The notes under the pieces were generated by a model. That model was not told the origin of the DNA. It ran no database searches and saw only the letters and a program-made list of their open reading frames with translations. Positions 56,654 through 64,000 of a stretch of 64,000 nucleotides of DNA are shown here, piece by piece. Position numbers and translations under genes: made by a program. Numbering within the stretch: position 1 is the first letter of the stretch; every line of letters begins with the position of its first letter. This DNA is from Geosiphon pyriformis uo1 (taxonomy: Eukaryota > Fungi > Glomeromycota): positions 172,764 through 236,763 of the forward strand of contig JAAOMT010000706.1 in assembly GCA_016748015.1 (NCBI GenBank), read 5' to 3'.

Positions 56654-56812
56654 TTTTTATTAGTTTACTCTTAAACAAAGAAAAAAACTGTAAAATAATA
56701 GCTAAAATAGCATTTACTTTAAAAAACTTGATGTATTCTACCAGCAAGTTATGACTAATGCCATCACCAAGTGGCAAAATCACACAACTTATTTTTTCCA
56801 ATGCTTTTCCTT
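56654..56812 (-). mobile_element. 159-bp A-tailed insertion (SINE-like or retroposed fragment) in the integrase N-terminal linker
   Basis: Removing it restores ...HYINTQQF|LANISNPKKQSHIKQQSKYF. Ends TAAACTAATAAAAA and contains a hairpin. Confidence 0.6.
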
Positions 56813-58719
56813 GAACTGCTGGGTATTAATATAATGTTGGAGTTGTTGATATTTTTGGATATTCATCTTTTGTTATATTTTTGGGTTGAAATGTTTTTAG
56901 ATTTGTTTCATTTGTGACAATCCATCAGCATTTCTATTTTTTTTTTCTTTTTTTATAATGTACTGTATAATTAAATGGTGAAAGTTCTATTTTCCATCTG
57001 ACATGACAATCATTTCCAAATTCTTGCTTCTAGATTGAAGTCAATTCTTTATGATTAGTGTAAACATCAAACTTTTAACTCAAGTATTCTTTCTATTTGA
57101 TAACAGCCCAATAGATAGCTAAGTGTTCTAGTGCTGGAGTTCCATAGTTTTTTTCAGTTGGACTTAAGCTGTAACTAGTATATACTACTGGATGTTCTCT
57201 TCTATCTGGTCTTTTTTAAGATAGTACTGCTCTTAATGCTTGATCTGATGCATCAGTAGTAATAATAAATAGTTTGCTATAATCTGAATAGATCAATATT
57301 GAAGTCTGAACAAGCTTTCTTCTTAATATATCAAAAGTTTCTTGCTGAATTTCTGTCCATTCATATTTGGTGTTTTTTGTTTAGAGCTGGTGTAATGGCT
57401 GAGCCAGTTTGGAAAAGTTTTTGATGAAATGGTAGTAGTAATCTGTGAATCCCAAGAATGCTTATAATTTGGTCAAGTTAGTGAGTACTGAAAAGTTTTT
57501 AACTATCTTAATTTTGTTTGGATCTGTCTTGATTTTATTTTTACTTATGACATGTTTCAAAAACTTTAATTCTGTTTTTCCAAAAAAGTATTTGGTGGCA
57601 TTTAACTTTAATCTGGCTCTTCTTAGTCTTTCAAACACTTGTTGAAAATAGTGTAAATAATCATCAAATGTCTTTGAAAACATATTGGTATTATCCAAAT
57701 ATATGACTACTGATTTCCATAACAGTCCAGTATAGACAATTTCCATAAGCCATTGGAATGTTGCTGGAGTATTTATCAAGCCAAATGGCATTACTTTAAA
57801 CTCAAAATTTCTTTTTCAGGTTGTAAAAGCCATTTTCTCCTTATCTTCTAGTTTTATGGTTACTTGTTAGTAACTACTGTCTAGATCTAAAGTTGAGAAC
57901 CATTTCTTTTCTCTAAAAGCATTGAAAAGTTTTTGGATCTTTGGAATTGGGTAGCTGTTTTTTTTTATTACTCTATTAAGTTTTCAGTAATCCACACAAA
58001 AGTAGATCTTTCCATTTTTTTCTATACTAATACTATTAGTAATAACCATAGGCTTATTAATGGTTGAATTAATTTATTGTCTAACATCTAATTAATTTCT
58101 TAACGAATGATCTTATAGCTGGCTGGTGGTATTCAGTATGCTTTTTGTTTGATTGACATTACATCTCTAGTCTTAATCTGGTGCTGGATTATGTCAGTTT
58201 TGTCAAATTTGTTTTCACTGGCAAAGATGTCATTGAAATTGTTGAGTAACATCTTAAGCTGCATATATTGTAGTGAGTCTAGATTTCCTAAGTTTATCTG
58301 TTCCAATTGTTCTGGTTAGAACAGATAGCATTCTTTTCATCTGTATATTGTTTGTGATGGAATATCCACATATTTACACAGTTGTGAAAAGTTTGGAATG
58401 GGGTTTGGTGATTGTTCCTCAACTTCAGTGCTTAAAAATCTGATGGTAGTTCCTTTTGATATCTCAAAAATATCTCCTGTTATGTTGTAAATGGGGCTTT
58501 GAGCTTTTGGCTGGTATGTAAAAATTAGTAAGTCCAATCTTTTTTGATTCATCCATAATAGTTTCTGCTTCAAAAATCTGTGCTTGATCTTTTACTCTTC
58601 TTTCTATGGCTAATATGTATTGGTTATATGGTGAAATAAAAATTGATTAACAAGTGGAGATAATTTCTCCCTTGTCAATAATTTTTTTTTCTGCCATATT
58701 AATTGGTACATCTATTCTA

Positions 58720-59140
58720 CTTATGGATCTGAATCTATTAATCTCTCTTGCTGTTATTCCTAATTCCTCTCTTTTTCCCACTAACACTAATTAAGCTATC
58801 TTAATCAGAGACAAAAATATTGTCTGTGCTATCTTTTTATTTGGCTCTATAATATAGATCTTTTCTGAGTTATTTTGTAGTATTGTAATAATATTTTCTA
58901 CATATTCTGCATCAATTATTCCTCTTTTAATGTTGATTTTCTTTTTTGCTAAACTACTCTTCAATGCTAGTTGAATCATTATTGTTGCTAGAATTTCCAG
59001 TGTTATTTTAAGATTAATACTTGTATGCAAATGTGGTTTCAATTTGATAGCATCTTTTTTTGGATATCTCAGATTAAATTTTGCATTAGTATCATGTACG
59101 TATTTGGACATAATATCTTTATTATTATCACTGAACCATT
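58720..59140 (-). pseudogene. dUTPase domain in Gypsy pol, between protease and RT
   Basis: VHDTNAKFNLRYP (motif 1), LKSSLAKK (motif 2, RSS), GIIDAEY (motif 3), KIAQ (motif 4), AREINRFRS (motif 5, RG..GFGS decayed). Confidence 0.88.
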
Positions 59141-62100
59141 TAAGTTTCTGCTCCTTGGTGAGATTAAAAAGCATGATATATTGTTCTGGGTTTGAATCAG
59201 AGTTCAAATCATTGTTATTTTCATTGCCATTTTGAATAAAGCTGGAACTATTATTTTTGTCATTGTTATTGTTAGAGTTTGAATTGGGATTGAACAGTGA
59301 TTTTGATTCTAATATGCAGCTGCTGATTGTTTTTTTTTCCTCTAAAATCATGTAGATCATATGTGATGGTAGATTATAGATGAGGTCACACTTATTACAA
59401 TATTAGAAGTCATATGGAATTAAACAATAGTCACATAGTCAGATGTTTAGTTGTTTTAAATGCTGTTTCTGCTCTTTTTTTGTGGGTGTTAAATTCTGAT
59501 AATGCTCGTGAAACTCCTCTGGGGCTGTCTTAATATTGAAAAAAGCATTTGGGTTTGAGATAAGAATAATGTCAACTGGTTCTGGAGAATTATTTTTAAT
59601 TTTCAAGATTTTGCTGAGCATGGCTCCTTTGATTTTAGCATTTGTCATTTGCCAGATCTTGTTTTTGTTGTATAAATAACCATTTAAACAAGAGATTACT
59701 TGGTGTTAGGCTGCAATAATAGAAGCCCCATGACTTATCTAGTTGCTGATGAGGATCGTGTACTGGCATGAAGTATTGTATGTTTCTTCTCAACCAAGAA
59801 TGTTGTTTCACATTCCTTTGTCAAGCAACTGTTCTCCACAAGCAAAACATAGTTCATTGTCTCACTTGTCTTGTTGTTTTGAGTAGTCATACCATTTTCT
59901 GTGGCACAACTTGCAGTAATAGTGGGTTCATGTTCAGTAGTTTTTATTGGATGCTATCCATGCTTCCATGAAAGAAAGTTTCTTGTCACAATCTTGGCAC
60001 TTAAGTGAGATGTATAGTGGTTCCTTAATGAATTCATGTGAGTATGATTGTTCTTAACCACTGGTTATTTTTTCTGTGGCTGTGGTTTCTTTGAGTTTGT
60101 CCTCTTTTTTTTCTTTTCCCTTGTTATCTCAAAAAAACACTGGTGGCAGTTCATTGTAATTAGTGTCAGCTCACAAGACTTGATAGGCTTCTCAGATAGA
60201 TTTTTTTTTTTTGAATTCTATGAATGGTGTTGGTGTCATGTTCATTTAAAAGTGGCTGTATGTGGCTGGTACATATGTGTGCTGACTGTTTTAACTAAGT
60301 TGGAACTCTTGTGTGGTTCAATTAAGCATTGCATTGGTTTTGGACAACAAATTATTGCCAATTAGTGTTTGGTATTATGTTGTTTTTATTACCAAAACTT
60401 TATTGGAAGTGATAATGTTATTGATTTCAAATAAAAAGTTGTTAATTTCACTAATTGAAGTTTTGATGGCTTCATTAGCTATGATTATTCTAGCACTAAC
60501 TGTACAATCAACTTAGCAACTTAATTGGTTCATAAGTTGTTAGGTAATTATGCTGCCAGTTGATCTACTGTCTAGGATCAGTTTGATGAAGTGGCCATCC
60601 ACTTTGACATCAGTGTACATTACAATAATGGGTTTGTTGTCAAGAGCAGCTCTACTAAATAATAGAACTAGGGCAGTTTTTTTGAGTTCAAAAGAGAATA
60701 TAGCAGCAAGAGTTTCATTTTCTGTGCTGGTTGCTAGTGAAATATTGCTGGTAAGTGGCTGCTTTTGATTGGTTTCTCAGTTGTGAGGTGAGGCATTTTC
60801 TGGAGTGACTAAGAGACTTAAATAGTGTTGAAAATTTGGGTTTTGGTTGTATCCAGTTCTCAAATTCTACTGGTGTGATCTTGATGGCTGGTTTAATAAG
60901 CTGGAAATCAGTTGGTGGACAATCATCACCAATCTTTAGTTTTGAGTAACTCTTGATCTGGAGTTTCCTGATATTATCTAAACTGAGTTTGGTAGTGGTG
61001 TTGAAATTTATTGGGGTTGATATATTATTTGTGGCTGTAGTTAATAAATAAGTTGTGACTGTGGTTGATAAATTATAAGTGCTGGAGGCTAATAAATTGG
61101 GGGTAAGTATATTTGCTGTGTCATTGGTGAATAATTTGGTTGATATGGTTCTGAGTTTGATTGATATCTTGGAATTTAAAATTAGTAATTGGGGTTTCAA
61201 TATTGACTTCCTGATTGTTGGTTATTTAAGTAATAGTGGCAGTCAATTTGCAGGTGTTCTTGTTTACCACAATAGTAGCAAACATATGTTTCTTATTGCC
61301 ACTATTGATTGGTTAACAATGATAAATGCAGTTGATTTTAGAAATAATTAGAGTTTCCTAGATTATTGCATCATTGTGAAGGTTGATAAATAGCTTGATT
61401 GTTGTTAGCTAAGTATTCTTTTAATTTCTGATTAATTGAATCACTAAATTGTTTCAATTTGGAATCCAAGTCAGATAATTCATTCATTACTAGATTAATG
61501 GGTTGGATGTAATTGGCTTCTAATTTGGCAGCTTCAAAATCTCTGGCATAGGTGACTGCAATTTGAAAATCTGCCAAATGTAATGAGCATATCTATTGGA
61601 TGATGCTACTGTGCAGATCTCTAATAAATTAATTCAAGATTTATGGTACAGTAAAATAATCAGCTTGTATTGCTTGAATTTGGTGCAGATTTCTGTAGAA
61701 GTGTTCCAAATAAGTAGTAACTGCTTCAATTTCCCCTTGCTTAATGGTAGTAAAGGTGTTGACTAAGCAGTTAATGCTATTATTATTGCTGAAATATTAC
61801 AAGAACTCAAGCTTGAATACATTGAAATTCTGAAGTTTGTTAACCAAGTTTTGATATCATGAGTTGGCAGTATTCTGGAGAAAATATGTGATGGCTTATA
61901 TGGCTCTGATATTATTCCATCTATTGGCTGTAATGGCTTTTTCCACATTATTCAGTCATACTTACATGTCATCTTCTTTGCTGGTGAACTTTTCAAGTTT
62001 GGCAATAGGTGCATATGCTATTAGTATGATGAGTTGTTGCTGTTGTACTGATAGTTGTGAGAGTAGTATTAATGGTTGTTGTAGTATTAGCTCAACAATC

Positions 62101-62588
62101 AAGTCAATTGGTGGTTAATTGATCACAATTACTGAAGGTAAGTTTTGCTGATTAATAAGATCAGGATTTGGATTGTGCTGATTTTCCTAAGTTTGAATAT
62201 TTGGGGTTTTGACTTCCAGATTTTCTACAATTGGGTTTTGGTAATTAAATTCTTGATTGTTATCTTTCTCTTTTTCCAATTCTGTTATCTTTCAGAGATT
62301 TATGGACCTAAAATCTGGTTGAGGTGGTGGTGATCAAAATCCTAATGGTGTTGGTAATTGTAATTTAAATCCTTCAAAATAATCACCATATGTTCCTAAT
62401 AATTCTGTTTTCTTTTGTTTACTTTAAAATGGGAGTTATCCAAATGTTAATGTTGTGTTTGATGTAGATGTGTCTGCTAATATAATATTGATGGTACTTT
62501 CAGGTGTGTAATAATATGATGAATATAATGGATATTCAATTCTTTGTTTTTTCTACATTGATAATTGTATTTTTTTGGGGGTTGCTGC

Positions 62589-63555
62589 TGTTACCAGAGG
62601 TTTTTGGTCTCTTTTCTTGAATGTTGTAACTGTTTGTTGGTTGCAAATTCACATTTTCTAGAAGTAGTTGAACCTCCAATAACTGAATTTATCTTCAAAT
62701 TATCTTTTATAATTTAAACTGCTGGACTTATAAGTAGAATGGCCAATTCTATGCCAGTTACTTTGTATAGTTACATTGTAGTAAATGCCAACTCTTTTTT
62801 AGGAATTGCTCATTTGGAAGCTCACTAAAATATGTAGTTACTTTGCTGTAAAAGTCAACTCTTCTACAGAAATCTCGTCTGTAGGCTATCCTAATAATTA
62901 CAGTAAGAAAATAAAAGAAAATAAAAGAAATGTAAAAGAAATTGAATTCTGTCAAGGGAAACTTTTTCTATCCAGGCCTGGAGTCACTAACAGTTTACTA
63001 AAATTGGTAGCTAATCAATTTTAAAACATTAGTTGGGTTTTGGGAATTTTCCAAGTGCAATAATTAAAAATTTGGTTTTTGAATTATTTGATATTTATTT
63101 CTTTTTGTGTGTGTAGGAATAATTCTAGTGATAAAATCTAAAGTAAGATACATTTTTTTGAAAAGAAAAGCTCTTTTTTTATACAACTTGTTATAGTACT
63201 AGTCTATGAACTTGCACTTTTTTTCTTTGCTCAAATTTTGGCAAACTAAAGATACATTTTGATAAACTACAAGTTATTTTGCTGAACTATTGATTAATTT
63301 GGATGAACTATTCATAATTTCGGCGAATTTCTATAAATTTCGGCGAATTTTAGAATGTTACAAAGTTCAGAGTATTGTGCAATTTGATCATTCTACTTTC
63401 TGTTATACTAATTGAATTATTTAATTGAATCGTGATATGTAATAATTGATTAAATAATAAATGATAATTTGAAATAATATTAATATATTAATTAATTATA
63501 GGAATTATAAGGGTAATTTTCCTGCTAATTAATAGCTAAAATTCTACTGATAACA
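62589..63555 (-). repeat. 3' LTR of family B (967 bp)
   Basis: Colinear with 7701-8672; TG...CA ends. Confidence 0.9.
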
Positions 63556-64000
63556 AAATCTCCTCCTCAAGACTGAGCTCCATCAAAGTCCAAGCACTAT
63601 CTGTGATATTGAGATAGTAATCCAAAATAATTGAAATAATCTGGTTTGAAAATTGTTGAAATTTCAGTTCTGTAAGTTTGCCAATGTATTGGACTTTTAT
63701 TGGTTGCAGTATGGAATTTTGTAGAACATTTTCACAAGTATTAAACAAATTATAAAGTTTAAAAGCTGCTTTAAGTTTGTAGCAAGTGTTTGTTGGTCCA
63801 GCTGCTGTTTTGAATTCATTGTAGATTTGTTTTTGTATAACTTCAGGAGTGAGATTTGTTGCTTTAAGTTCCAGTTTTCGTTCATAAAGTGTTTTTCCAA
63901 TTTGAAAGTATTTATAGATAGAGGTGTGTTCATTGTCCTGTTCATTGAGAAGTAGTAGTAGTTTTTGTTGCATTGTAGCATTTGGTAGAATATCAATAGG
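63536..64000 (-). CDS. ORF3 of family B, function unknown; open from the window edge through the PPT, stopping inside the LTR
   Basis: 154 sense codons with no stop (PIDILPNAT-MQQKLLL...YKYFQIGKTLY...AAFKLYNLF...YIGKLTELKFQQF). Homologous decayed copies at 8673-8965, 47350-47490 and 54660-55330. Confidence 0.7.
   Translation of the reverse strand, partial: PIDILPNATMQQKLLLLLNEQDNEHTSIYKYFQIGKTLYERKLELKATNLTPEVIQKQIYNEFKTAAGPTNTCYKLKAAFKLYNLFNTCENVLQNSILQPIKVQYIGKLTELKFQQFSNQIISIILDYYLNITDSAWTLMELSLEEEILLSVEF

Larger units (their letters stand above)
53845..62588 (-). mobile_element. Ty3/Gypsy family A copy 3 (gag-PR-Cys-rich-dUTPase-RT-RH-INT-ORF3-PPT-3' LTR); 5' end cut by family B insertion
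   Basis: LILDSRSTGSII (PR), dUTPase ORF 58791-59360, MPFGLINTPATFQ/IYLDNT (RT), NYLTKWPEAKA (INT), GKFDSK*DRPF (GPF/Y). Confidence 0.93.
62589..64000 (-). mobile_element. 3' end of a Ty3/Gypsy family B element (ORF3, PPT, 3' LTR) inserted in family A gag; continues off the right edge
   Basis: LTR 62589-63555 (TGTTAC...GATAACA), PPT GAGGAGGAGATTT at 63556-63568, and an open ORF upstream. Confidence 0.88.

Noticed and set aside
60715-61200. 161-aa Thr/Ser-rich ORF overlapping family A gag
   Set aside because: An alternate frame of the Gln/Pro-rich gag tail; the protease continues in the other frame. Openness is explained by composition.

Overview
AT-rich, intron-containing fungal DNA. The gene style and repeat landscape suggest an early-diverging lineage, probably Glomeromycotina (Geosiphon/AMF-like); this is inference. 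About 90% of the window is nested, mostly dead retrotransposons. (i) Three Ty3/Gypsy LTR families, here called A, B and C. A and probably B carry a dUTPase; A and C share a tRNA-Ile(UAU)-type PBS; all three carry an extra ORF between integrase and the PPT (clearly homologous in A and B, more weakly in C). (ii) Several copies of an APE-RT-RNase H LINE, one full length with a TSD. A single CpG-rich island (about 34.3-39.8 kb) holds three spliced host genes: a single-Myb protein, an NDR/Cbk1-Orb6 kinase and ribosomal protein eL37. The repeats have decayed almost only by C>T/G>A transitions, including non-CpG contexts, which is RIP-like. The most interesting signals are the conserved unannotated ORF3 of the Gypsy elements, alongside family-specific U3 motif arrays, and the transition-only hypermutation. 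All alignments were done by eye; boundaries of the decayed copies are approximate.
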